A stretch of 64,000 bases of DNA, taken from NCBI GenBank assembly GCA_964600575.1, contig CAZRJH010000003.1, forward strand, positions 81,640-145,639, read 5' to 3'. The position numbers and the translations under genes are program-made. Position 1 is the stretch's first letter; every line of letters begins with the position of its first letter. The notes below the pieces were generated by a model. It did no database searches, was not told the origin of the DNA, and worked only from the letters and a program-made list of their open reading frames with translations. Of this stretch, positions 10,007-19,142 are shown in pieces. The stretch comes from an uncultured Gammaproteobacteria bacterium (lineage in GTDB: Bacteria; Patescibacteriota; Microgenomatia; UBA8517).

Positions 10007-10808
10007 AGCTTCTTAAAAATTCCGGGATTGAAAAGATAATAAGAACATAGGCAAACATTTTGTATAACTTGTTGTTAAGAACCTCTAGTGTATTTATGCC
10101 GTGATAGATAATAAGGCTTATGGGCAGATAAAGGATAAAATCGTTTCGATCAAAATTTTTCAAAATCATTAGGCAGATTATCGAAGATGTAAATAAAGTA
10201 AGAGTAAAGTTTTTTTGGCGAAAATTTTTAAGATAGTAAACGCCTATAAAAAAGAACACAAGTGAAACAAACGGGTATTTGTACAAATTTTGATTATCTA
10301 CACTGATCGGTCTGGGGTGCAAGGCAAAAAAGTAATTGTTTGGATCGGTCAATGTAAAAAAGTTACCGACTGCTTTATCGTAGTAAATCTTACCTTTGTT
10401 TTGAAACACTCTAGCCAGTAGCGGGTTTGGATACAAATGTATATTTCTTATCACCAATTGCTGGGCTTCGTAGTCTTTTGTAAAAATTGTTTGTCCAAAA
10501 AAAGGTTTAAAAAAAGCGACAAATATGGCTAAACTTATAAATAACGGAAGTAATAATTTTAAAGATCTTAGCCTTAAAATTTCTATGCAGAAATAAATAA
10601 CTGGAATCAATGTTAACTTTGGGGAAAATAAACCTATCAAAAGCAAAGGCAGATAATAATAGTCTGATTTTTTGAGATGGAGGACATAAGAAATTCCTGT
10701 CAAAACCAAAGGGACTGTATAGTTGAGAAAATCACCCGGGGTGTTGTTTAAATACAAATTAAGCGGCCATAGTCCAAAGACGGCAATAAGAATAATCTTT
10801 TTGAGCAT
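9987..10808 (-). CDS. Integral membrane protein of unknown function, co-transcribed upstream of PMT-like paralog 3
   Basis: The 273-aa protein is very hydrophobic (about 7-8 predicted TM segments) and has no D-E loop motif. It overlaps the start of 8321..10006 by 20 nt on the same strand. Confidence 0.4.
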   Translation of the reverse strand: MLKKIILIAVFGLWPLNLYLNNTPGDFLNYTVPLVLTGISYVLHLKKSDYYYLPLLLIGLFSPKLTLIPVIYFCIEILRLRSLKLLLPLFISLAIFVAFFKPFFGQTIFTKDYEAQQLVIRNIHLYPNPLLARVFQNKGKIYYDKAVGNFFTLTDPNNYFFALHPRPISVDNQNLYKYPFVSLVFFFIGVYYLKNFRQKNFTLTLFTSSIICLMILKNFDRNDFILYLPISLIIYHGINTLEVLNNKLYKMFAYVLIIFSIPEFLRSYVENLF

Positions 10809-10818
10809 ATATGGCTTG

Positions 10819-10828
10819 ATGATACAAT
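10819..10828 (+). promoter_or_regulatory. Candidate extended -10 promoter element (ATGATACAAT) for the PMT-like gene at 10843
   Basis: The 10-mer is identical to the one at 6537..6546. It lies in the 34-bp divergent gap, and an AGGA sits 5-8 nt upstream of the ATG. Confidence 0.3.
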
Positions 10829-10842
10829 CATATAGGAAAATA

Positions 10843-12495
10843 ATGAAGATTTTAGGTTTAAATTCGGAAAAAACAGTTCTGATACTGATACTTTTGCTTG
10901 CCTTTGTCGTCAGATTTTTTTCTTTAACTAAATTTCCGGTCGGTTTTAATGCAGACGAGGCCTCTTTTGGTTACGATGCTCACTCGATAATTCGCACCGG
11001 TAGAGATCAGTGGGGATCTGTGCCGGTGGTCTTAAAGTCCTTCGGAGATTACAAGTCTCCTGTCTATGCATACATAATCGCTCCTTTTGTTTTTGTGGGC
11101 GGATTAAATAGTTTTGCTGTCAGGCTCCCTAATGTAATTGTGGGAACATTGGCCGTATTTATTTTATATCTATTATTTAGAGAACTTTTTCCCGACAAAA
11201 AAAAGGAAGCGATTGTTTCAGCATTTCTTTTGGCCCTAAGCCCTTGGTCTGTGATGATGAGTAGGGGAGCATTTGAAGCCAATCTTGTTACGCTTTTTAT
11301 CCCCTTAGGTATATACCTTTTTCTTAAATCTCAAAAAAACACCAAATATGCCCTTTACTCATTTTTTATCTTCGGTTTAAGTCTTTTTACTTACCACTCC
11401 GCAAAAATTACTACCCCGCTTACTATTTTGTTCTTGGTAGTAATTTACTTTAAAGATGTTTCCAAAAATCTAAAACATTACATTTTACCTGTCTTTGTTT
11501 TTTCTTTGTTTGTTTTAGCCATGCTCTACACTCTTAAGATTGGAGGAGGGGCCAGAATTTCGGAAAGAAGTATTACAAGAGGTGCTTTGGAAGAGGGTGC
11601 AAAAGCTAAGATTGAATTAATCCAAAACGGCGTCAATCCAAACATCGCCAGATTTTTCCATAATAAATATCAAGTAGTTTTTTCCAGATTCACCTCTAAC
11701 TATTTACAATATTTTTCATATAAATTTTACTTGTCTAAAGGAGCCGGTGAATCTTACTACGGTATGAGACCCGGTATAGGTGTCCTTAGTCTGGTGGAGT
11801 TTATACTTTTTGTTTCTTCTTTAGTGTATTTTTACAAATTTGGCATCAAGGGAGGGGTGCTTTTTGTATTTCTCTGGCTATTAATCTCACCTCTCCCCGC
11901 CGCTTTGTCCACGGGTGTCGGGTATTCCGGTCATAGAGCCGAAACAATGATCCCCGTCCTACAAATTGTACAAGGGCTGGGACTAGCAGGTATTGCAAGC
12001 TTACTAAAAAAGACAAAAGTAAACTATGTTTCCGGGTTATATCTGGCGGTCTTTTTATCTAGTCTTGTTTTCTTTTCGATCTTCTGGAAAAGTTACACAA
12101 CCAATATTCCTTCGTCTTCGTTTAAAGAAATGCTATACGGTAATTTAGAGGTCTTTGATTGGCTTAACAACAATAAAGGAGACAAACAGGTATTCGTGAG
12201 TCGTAGCCTTAGCGAACCGCAAATATTTATCGGATTTTTGGGAATGGAACCTACGATATATCAAAACTATTCAAAAAGTTGGGATTTAAAGTCGGCGAAT
12301 GTGATGTGGGTAGATCAGCTCCCAGAATATGGCATCGAAAATTATAAAATAAAATCTATCGATTGGAAAAATGATACCAAGAACAAGAATATAATGATTG
12401 TAGCTAAAGCAGACGAGTTTCCCAAAGATGTTTTGCCCGATAAAATTTTTAGCTATCCCGACGGAACGGCCAATGTTTTTGTTAAAAAGTATTGA
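10843..12495 (+). CDS. GT-C membrane glycosyltransferase, PMT/ArnT-like; paralog 4
   Basis: The start is taken at ATG 10843 (MKILGLNSEK), because the ORF-track start 10723 would overlap the divergent gene. 'FNADEASFGYDAHSIIRTGRDQWGSVPVVLKSFGDY' is the D-E loop motif. Confidence 0.7.
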   Translation: MKILGLNSEKTVLILILLLAFVVRFFSLTKFPVGFNADEASFGYDAHSIIRTGRDQWGSVPVVLKSFGDYKSPVYAYIIAPFVFVGGLNSFAVRLPNVIVGTLAVFILYLLFRELFPDKKKEAIVSAFLLALSPWSVMMSRGAFEANLVTLFIPLGIYLFLKSQKNTKYALYSFFIFGLSLFTYHSAKITTPLTILFLVVIYFKDVSKNLKHYILPVFVFSLFVLAMLYTLKIGGGARISERSITRGALEEGAKAKIELIQNGVNPNIARFFHNKYQVVFSRFTSNYLQYFSYKFYLSKGAGESYYGMRPGIGVLSLVEFILFVSSLVYFYKFGIKGGVLFVFLWLLISPLPAALSTGVGYSGHRAETMIPVLQIVQGLGLAGIASLLKKTKVNYVSGLYLAVFLSSLVFFSIFWKSYTTNIPSSSFKEMLYGNLEVFDWLNNNKGDKQVFVSRSLSEPQIFIGFLGMEPTIYQNYSKSWDLKSANVMWVDQLPEYGIENYKIKSIDWKNDTKNKNIMIVAKADEFPKDVLPDKIFSYPDGTANVFVKKY

Positions 12496-12503
12496 ACACC
12501 CAT

Positions 12504-14168
12504 ATGTTAAAGGTGATTAAAGAATTTAAATACAAGCACATTATTTTGCTTCTAATCCTTAGTATTTTCACTTTTTGGAGAATGCTTAAGCCGGGTATGT
12601 ACTCCACCCAGGATTTCCATTTATTTAGACTTTACGAGTTTGATAAATGTGTAAAAAGTCTAGAAATACCTTGCAGATGGGCACCCGATGCTGGCCTTGG
12701 TTACGGTCAGCCGATTTTTAACTACTACGGTCAGTTTGCATACGCTTTAGGTGAAATATTCAATTTGGCTGGTTTTGGAACAATTAATTCTATGAAATTA
12801 CTTTTTATTCTTTCTTTAGCAGGCTCCGCTATTTTTATGTTTTACTTAGCCAAAAGAGTTTGGAAAAACGATATGGTTGCCTTACTTTCCTCTGTTTTAT
12901 ATCTTTTTGCCCCGTATCGATCGGTGGATGTTTGGGTTAGGGGAGCGCTTCCGGAATCATTTGCATTTGTATTTTACCCGCTGATTTTTTTGACGATTTT
13001 TAACTACTTCGAAACAAAAAAGAATCTGCATTTGTACTATTTTAGCCTTACACTTTTTTTGTTAATCATCACTCACAATTTGTCTGTCATTCTGTTTTTG
13101 CCGGCTTTAATAATGTGGAGTTTGGTTATCGCATTAAGAAAGGGTTATAAAAAGTCCGACATTTTAAGGCTGTGCACAGCCTCTTTGCTTTCTTTGCTGT
13201 TGTCATCTTTTTATTTGTTACCCTTAGTTTTTGAATCTAGATTTGTCAATTTAGCCTCTACTACACAAGGGTATTTTGACTTTCATAACCATTTTGCCAC
13301 ACTTAAACAACTATTCTTATCTAATTATTGGGGTTACGGGGCTTCTAATTGGGGTGACGGCGACGGTTTAAGTATGGCCGTTGGATATTTTCAGTGGATT
13401 TTGCCTTTGATTCTGATTCCTTTGGCTTTATTTAATAATAAATTTGTAAAAGCCGGTAAAGATAAATATTTATTTTTTTCTTTGGTGGCCACAGGAATAT
13501 TTTATTTATTGTTGACACATAATAAATCAACTTTTATTTGGGAAAAACTTCCATTTATGGCGTTTATACAATTTCCCTGGAGATTTCTGGGTCCTGCAAT
13601 CTTTTGTCTTTCCCTGGCGGTTGGTGTTGTAGGAAATATCTTTTCTAAGAAAACCTATTTGATTTTGGCTATCGTGCCGGTTGTTGTGGCTGTCAATTTC
13701 GGTTTTTTTAGAGAAGATATTTGGTATAAAGTTAAAGATAGTCATTATACGACTGGAGAAGAATGGATACGCCAACGGTCGGCATCCATAGGGGATTATC
13801 TGCCTGTAGGTGCGGCCCTTCCGCTAAACCCACCCGAGGCTTTTATGGGTAATTTTAGATATGAAGAAATGAAGTCGAACTACTATCTTTACAATATAGA
13901 AATCCAAGGCGGAGACTCGGGGAGTGTTACTCTCCCGGTCACTTATTTTCCGGGTTGGACAGGTAAAATTAACGGTAGTGCTGTCGGTGTAAATCCCGAT
14001 AAGGAAACAGGCAACATTAGCCTTAATCTCCCAAAAGGGCTAAATAAAGTAGAGCTGTTTTTTACGAACACTCCCGTAAGATGGATTGGCAACTTTATGT
14101 CTTTGTTTGCTTTTGTTTATCTCGGCTCAGTACTCTGGAAAGAAAAATATGGAAATAAAAATAGTTAA
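12504..14168 (+). CDS. Polytopic membrane protein, GT-C-like but atypical (no D-E loop motif; YfhO-like C-terminal beta-rich domain)
   Basis: About 12 hydrophobic segments are followed by a C-terminal '...TYFPGWTGKINGSAVGVNPDKETGNISLNLPKGLNKVELFF' domain reminiscent of YfhO-type and other GT-C C-termini. It sits inside the PMT-like array. The start is placed at ATG 12504; the family assignment is uncertain. Confidence 0.4.
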   Translation: MLKVIKEFKYKHIILLLILSIFTFWRMLKPGMYSTQDFHLFRLYEFDKCVKSLEIPCRWAPDAGLGYGQPIFNYYGQFAYALGEIFNLAGFGTINSMKLLFILSLAGSAIFMFYLAKRVWKNDMVALLSSVLYLFAPYRSVDVWVRGALPESFAFVFYPLIFLTIFNYFETKKNLHLYYFSLTLFLLIITHNLSVILFLPALIMWSLVIALRKGYKKSDILRLCTASLLSLLLSSFYLLPLVFESRFVNLASTTQGYFDFHNHFATLKQLFLSNYWGYGASNWGDGDGLSMAVGYFQWILPLILIPLALFNNKFVKAGKDKYLFFSLVATGIFYLLLTHNKSTFIWEKLPFMAFIQFPWRFLGPAIFCLSLAVGVVGNIFSKKTYLILAIVPVVVAVNFGFFREDIWYKVKDSHYTTGEEWIRQRSASIGDYLPVGAALPLNPPEAFMGNFRYEEMKSNYYLYNIEIQGGDSGSVTLPVTYFPGWTGKINGSAVGVNPDKETGNISLNLPKGLNKVELFFTNTPVRWIGNFMSLFAFVYLGSVLWKEKYGNKNS

Positions 14169-15855
14169 ATACTTGTTTTTGGTTATTTTAATCGGGACGT
14201 GTTTACGATTTGCCTATTTAACATATGTTCCTGCTTCTTTGAATTGGGACGAAGTTAGTCACGGTTATAATGCATACTCTTTGCTTAAAACAGGAAAAGA
14301 TCAATGGGGTCAACCTTGGCCGATATTTAACTTTAGAGCCTACGGCGACTACCCTACTGTACTTAACTTATATCTGACAATACCCTTTATATACTTGTTG
14401 GGATTAACCGATTTTGCCGTAAGAGCGCCTCATGCGATATTAGGGATACTTACTATACTTATGGCTTATTTTGCAGGAATCGGTCTAACTAAAAGGAGGA
14501 GTGTTGGGCTTGTAAGCGCATTTTTGGTTGCTTTTGGTCCCTGGTACATTTTTACTTCCAGATTTGTTCTTCAATCAAATCTTTCAGTTTTTCTTATAGC
14601 TTCAGCATTGGCGGCCTTTTTTAACAGAGATAAGCATAAGTATTTATTGCCACTTTCGTTTTTTCTTATTTTTTTGACGCTTTTTTCGTATCACACAACC
14701 AGAATATTTTCTCCGCTTGTAGTTTTGGCTTACATGGCAGTATATTCCAACGAAATATTAGATAGAGTTAGACAAAAAAAACTAATGTTTGCTTCGACAG
14801 TTGGAACAATCCTGGTATTTTTTATAACGGCCGGATACATATTGGGAACAAGTGATGCAAAAGCCAGAGGTTCGGTGCTTTTTATACTTGACCAGGGAGC
14901 GGTGAACAAAATTGAGAGCCTCCGAAACTCATCAAAATTTTCTCCTTTGGTAACAAAACTAATTTACAACAGACCGGTCTATTTTGTCGAGAGATTTGCT
15001 CAGAATTATGCAACTTATTTTTCTCCAGGGTTTTTATTTTTTAGCGGAGGGACACAATACCAGTTTAGCCTTCCAGGCCACGGTCTAATCCTTCTAGTCA
15101 ACCTGCCGTTTTTTTACTACGGTTTATATTTGTTAATCAGAAAAGCGTTTGATAATAAAGATTTTCTGATGGTGCTTTTAATGATTATTCTTTATCCGAT
15201 ACCGGCAAGTCTAACTAATGAGTCTTTTGCGGTTTTGCGTGCAACCACCTTACTTCCACTGTCAGAAATAGTAATCGCCTTGGCAATATTTACCTTTTAT
15301 CAAAAGTTACCGATAAAAATTAAACCTTACTTTGCGACTACTTACCTGGTTATAGTTTACTTCTTGTTGGAAGGTTTTTTGTTAAATTATTTTACTTCGT
15401 ATCGAACAAATTATTCTTGGAGCTGGCAGTATGGTTATTCAGAGGTGTCGGAGTATGTTAAATCCAACTACGATAAATATGACAAGATAGTGGTAACAAA
15501 AAAATACGGCGAGCCGCATGAATTTTTGCTGTTTAATCTAAAATGGGATCCGGATAGGTACCAAAATGACAAAACAGCTATCAGGTTCTTTCAGTCGGGG
15601 TGGTATTGGGTGGACAGCTTCGACAAATTCTACTTTGTTAACGATTGGCAGGTTGTAGACGAGTCTAAGGCAAATAAACATTTTATTTTAGAAAGCAAAA
15701 ACATAGTTGAGTGCATAGATGTTAAGTGTCTTTTGGTAACATCACCCGACAACGCCCCTTCAGGCTGGAGTAAAATAAAAGATATTAAATTCTTGGACGG
15801 TAAAACCGCCTTTAGTTTTTATGACAACAGTCGCTATGGCAATAAGAGCAAATAA
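14149..15855 (+). CDS. GT-C membrane glycosyltransferase, PMT/ArnT-like; paralog 5
   Basis: The start is at ATG 14149 (MEIKIVKYLF). 'LNWDEVSHGYNAYSLLKTGKDQWGQPWPIFNFRAYGDY' is the D-E loop motif. It overlaps the upstream gene by 20 nt. Confidence 0.7.
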   Translation: MEIKIVKYLFLVILIGTCLRFAYLTYVPASLNWDEVSHGYNAYSLLKTGKDQWGQPWPIFNFRAYGDYPTVLNLYLTIPFIYLLGLTDFAVRAPHAILGILTILMAYFAGIGLTKRRSVGLVSAFLVAFGPWYIFTSRFVLQSNLSVFLIASALAAFFNRDKHKYLLPLSFFLIFLTLFSYHTTRIFSPLVVLAYMAVYSNEILDRVRQKKLMFASTVGTILVFFITAGYILGTSDAKARGSVLFILDQGAVNKIESLRNSSKFSPLVTKLIYNRPVYFVERFAQNYATYFSPGFLFFSGGTQYQFSLPGHGLILLVNLPFFYYGLYLLIRKAFDNKDFLMVLLMIILYPIPASLTNESFAVLRATTLLPLSEIVIALAIFTFYQKLPIKIKPYFATTYLVIVYFLLEGFLLNYFTSYRTNYSWSWQYGYSEVSEYVKSNYDKYDKIVVTKKYGEPHEFLLFNLKWDPDRYQNDKTAIRFFQSGWYWVDSFDKFYFVNDWQVVDESKANKHFILESKNIVECIDVKCLLVTSPDNAPSGWSKIKDIKFLDGKTAFSFYDNSRYGNKSK

Positions 15856-17491
15856 ATATATTCTCGCAGTTATTGTACTTTTTGCAGCAGTATTTCGTTT
15901 GTGGAACTTGGGGTCCATCCCCCCCGGGCTAACACCGGACGAAGCCGCACTCGGTTACAACGCATACTCAATATTGCAAACAGGCAATGATGAGTATGGT
16001 GAAGTACTCCCTTTAATATTTAAGTCATTTGGAGACTATAAACCGGGTTTTTATGTATATACGGCCATACCTTTTGTCGCGATCTTGGGTTTATCCGAGT
16101 TCTCGGTTAGGTTGCCTTCTGTTGTTGCGGGTTTATTTACGGTTATTTCGATTTATCTAATTCTTAAAATTCTCTTTAAAAACGAACAAATAGGATTAGC
16201 AGGAGCATTTGCTGCAGCGGTTAATCCTTGGTTGATTTATTTTTCCAGAGGAGCTTGGGAGGCAAATTTATCTTTGGCGTTTACTCTTTTAGGAATTTTA
16301 TTCTTTCTTAAATCATTGGAAAAAGAAAAGAGTTTGCTCATAAGTGCCGCTTTTTTTGGTTTAACACTTATCACATACCAAGGGGCTAAAATCTCGACTT
16401 TGATTGTTGTTCTTATTCTTGCGGTTCTTTATAAATCAGAAATTTTAAAATTCAGAAAAGTAAATATCTTCTTATCACTTTTGATAGGTATTGTTTTTCT
16501 TATACCCGTTATATTCACTTTTTTAAACGGGCAAACATTTAGATTAAATATTTACAGTATATTTTCTTACAGAAGACCTGACACTGAGATTCAAAACATC
16601 AAAAATCAGGAGTTGTCTAATACGGAACTTAACTTTTTAGTATTTCACACGGAAAAAGTTAATTATGTTAGGGCTATTTTGGGTAGATATTTTAACAATT
16701 TTTCGGGTAGGTTTTTGTTTTTTGACGGTGATTGGGCAAATCCTGTTTCTACGCCGCCCTACCAGGGAGTACTACTCCTTTCGGATTTAATTTTATTACC
16801 TATCGGTTTTTACTTTTTACTAAAAAGCAAGGAAAATAAATCCAAGAACTTCATTTTTTTGTGGTTACTTATGGCTCCGATATCGGTGGCTCTTTCCAGA
16901 GACGAACTTAATGCGGTTAGAGATCTAAATTTAGCCGTTCCTCTTGTTGTGGTGTCGTCCTTTGGTGTTTACGGTTTACTTTCGAACAAAATAAAAAAAG
17001 TAAACCTATTTGGTGCTGTTTTGTGTGTTTTATCTATAGGGAGTGCTTTCTTATATTTTGCGGACGCTTATTACATTCACACACCGGCTCATAATTCTCA
17101 ATATTTTAGATATGGATATAAACAGGTTTTTGAGTTTGTAGAGCCTATCAGAGAAAAGTATAGCAAAGTAGTTTTTGAACAATCATTCAACCAACCTTAT
17201 ATTTATTACTTGTTTTATGGCTCTAAAGACCCCGGCATTTATCAGACCCAAGAAAAACTATCAGATAGCGAGTTTAAGGGGGATGTGGGGTATATCACAT
17301 CTCTTGATAATATAAGTTTCGAACGATTGGATTGGCAGGTCATTAAAAATAGCCATAATGTGTTAGTCGTTGCAGCACACACATCCGTTCCGCCCGAAGT
17401 TTTTGCCTACAAGGATAAATATGTTTTGCTAAATCAAATAAAATATCTTAACGGAAGAGATGTGGCTTTCGACATTTTCGAAATAAAATGA
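15821..17491 (+). CDS. GT-C membrane glycosyltransferase, PMT/ArnT-like; paralog 6
   Basis: 'LTPDEAALGYNAYSILQTGNDEYGEVLPLIFKSFGDY' is the D-E loop motif. An alternative start is at 15836 (MAIRAN). Confidence 0.7.
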   Translation: MTTVAMAIRANKYILAVIVLFAAVFRLWNLGSIPPGLTPDEAALGYNAYSILQTGNDEYGEVLPLIFKSFGDYKPGFYVYTAIPFVAILGLSEFSVRLPSVVAGLFTVISIYLILKILFKNEQIGLAGAFAAAVNPWLIYFSRGAWEANLSLAFTLLGILFFLKSLEKEKSLLISAAFFGLTLITYQGAKISTLIVVLILAVLYKSEILKFRKVNIFLSLLIGIVFLIPVIFTFLNGQTFRLNIYSIFSYRRPDTEIQNIKNQELSNTELNFLVFHTEKVNYVRAILGRYFNNFSGRFLFFDGDWANPVSTPPYQGVLLLSDLILLPIGFYFLLKSKENKSKNFIFLWLLMAPISVALSRDELNAVRDLNLAVPLVVVSSFGVYGLLSNKIKKVNLFGAVLCVLSIGSAFLYFADAYYIHTPAHNSQYFRYGYKQVFEFVEPIREKYSKVVFEQSFNQPYIYYLFYGSKDPGIYQTQEKLSDSEFKGDVGYITSLDNISFERLDWQVIKNSHNVLVVAAHTSVPPEVFAYKDKYVLLNQIKYLNGRDVAFDIFEIK

Positions 17492-19140
17492 AAAAAATAT
17501 CTTTTGAATTAAAAGTTTTGACTTTAGTCTTAGCTTTGGCGTTCATTCTGCGCTTTTTTAACTTGTCAAATTATCCCGCATTTAACGCCGACGAAGCGGC
17601 GATCGGCTACAACGCTTATTCATTAATACTTACCGGATTAGATGAACACGGACATACCTGGCCAGTCCATTTCCAGTCTTTTAATGATTGGAAACCTGGT
17701 ATGTATTTCTACCTTGTTATTCCTTTTGTTAAATTATTGGGGTTAAACGAACTTGCGGTCAGAATCCCGAACGCGGCTCTGGGAGTACTAACAGTTTATT
17801 TTGTGTATTTATTGTCTAATTTAATTTTTGACGCAAGAAAAATAAATTTAGGCAAATATACAGTTGAAATAGGGTTTGTGTCATCTTTGTTTCTTGCAAT
17901 ATCTCCTTGGCATATTCACTTTTCAAGGGGTGGTTGGGAAGTTGGTACTGCTACTTTTTTTATGACTTCTGGTTTTTATTATTTCCTCCGATCGGTAAAA
18001 AATAATCTTTCGTTAAAACCAATGCTTGTTTCAGTGTTTTTGCTGGTTATGTCGTTTTACACATATCATGCAGCAAGAGTTATTGTTCCCCTGCTTACAG
18101 TCGTAGGTATTTTGATATACAAAAACGATATTTTTTCAAAAATAAATATTAAAAATATTGTTTATGTTATTCTGTTCGGATTTGTCCTTATTCTCCCTTT
18201 AACAAAAGATTTAATATCGGGCGATGCCTTGTCCAGAGCAGCGGGGGTGGGTCTTTTTGCCGACAAAGGACCCATCAACAGAATTAACGAGCAGCGCGGA
18301 GAACATCAAAATGTTTCGGGGATCTTTACTAGGGTAGAACATAACAAAGCTGTAAATTATGCCTTGGCTTTTCTGCGAAACTGGTCAATGCATTATCAGG
18401 GGGAATTTTTGTTTATGACGGGGGACGGCATTCAAAGAAACAAGGTACCCGAAACAGGACAAATGTATCTTGCGGATATTGTTTTTCTGGCATTGGGTTT
18501 GATATTGCTAACCACTTTGCTTAAGAAAGAGACAGTGTTTTTGCTTTCGTGGCTTATCATTGCTCCAGTAGCCGCCGCCCTCACTTTTCAGGCGCCACAT
18601 GCACTTAGAGCAGAAAATATGGTTATTCCATTGGTTTTAATTAGCTCCTTGGGCTTTTTTAGTTTGTTAGAAAAGAAAAACAGATATTTTATTATCCTGA
18701 CTTCAATTTTTCTTGTGTGGTGTTTTGTCAGATATTTGCATATGTATTATATTCACATGAGTAAAGACTTTCCTTATTCTTCTCAATATGGGCTAAAGGA
18801 ATTATCGGAATATATAATTACAAATCAAGATAAATATAAAGACATAGTGGTTACGGATAGATATGATCAGCCTTATATTCTTTTTCTTTTTTATTCAAAA
18901 TATACTCCAAAGCTTTTTCAATTCAAACATTCGCTTAGTTCGAGAGATGACTTTGGCTTTTCTACCGTAAGAGATTTTGATAAATATCACTTTGTAAGTA
19001 TCGATTTTGAGTCGATTAAAAATAACTACCCGCAAAGCTTGATAGTCGGTACAAAGGATGAAATTCCTAAAGAGGCAAATGTTATTAAGAAAATCTACGG
19101 TACAAACGGTTTTGAATATTTTAATTTAGTAGCAAACTAA
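17488..19140 (+). CDS. GT-C membrane glycosyltransferase, PMT/ArnT-like; paralog 7
   Basis: 'FNADEAAIGYNAYSLILTGLDEHGHTWPVHFQSFNDW' is the D-E loop motif. There is an ATGA overlap with the upstream gene. Confidence 0.7.
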   Translation: MKKISFELKVLTLVLALAFILRFFNLSNYPAFNADEAAIGYNAYSLILTGLDEHGHTWPVHFQSFNDWKPGMYFYLVIPFVKLLGLNELAVRIPNAALGVLTVYFVYLLSNLIFDARKINLGKYTVEIGFVSSLFLAISPWHIHFSRGGWEVGTATFFMTSGFYYFLRSVKNNLSLKPMLVSVFLLVMSFYTYHAARVIVPLLTVVGILIYKNDIFSKINIKNIVYVILFGFVLILPLTKDLISGDALSRAAGVGLFADKGPINRINEQRGEHQNVSGIFTRVEHNKAVNYALAFLRNWSMHYQGEFLFMTGDGIQRNKVPETGQMYLADIVFLALGLILLTTLLKKETVFLLSWLIIAPVAAALTFQAPHALRAENMVIPLVLISSLGFFSLLEKKNRYFIILTSIFLVWCFVRYLHMYYIHMSKDFPYSSQYGLKELSEYIITNQDKYKDIVVTDRYDQPYILFLFYSKYTPKLFQFKHSLSSRDDFGFSTVRDFDKYHFVSIDFESIKNNYPQSLIVGTKDEIPKEANVIKKIYGTNGFEYFNLVAN

Positions 19141-19142
19141 CA

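Noticed and set aside
6537-10828. Considered treating the repeated 10-mer ATGATACAAT as statistically significant on its own
   Set aside because: In a 64-kb AT-rich sequence, exact 10-mer recurrences are expected by chance many times over. Only the positional context, upstream of paralogous genes, makes it worth noting, so it is reported with low confidence rather than as a definite regulatory motif.
10723-10842. ORF-track start of the PMT-like gene at 10723 (TTG), which would overlap the divergent gene 9987-10808 by 86 nt
   Set aside because: The N-terminal 40 aa from 10723 are non-hydrophobic filler. ATG 10843 gives the same 'MK..LL' start followed by TM1 and the D-E loop that the six paralogs show. 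The shorter model is preferred.
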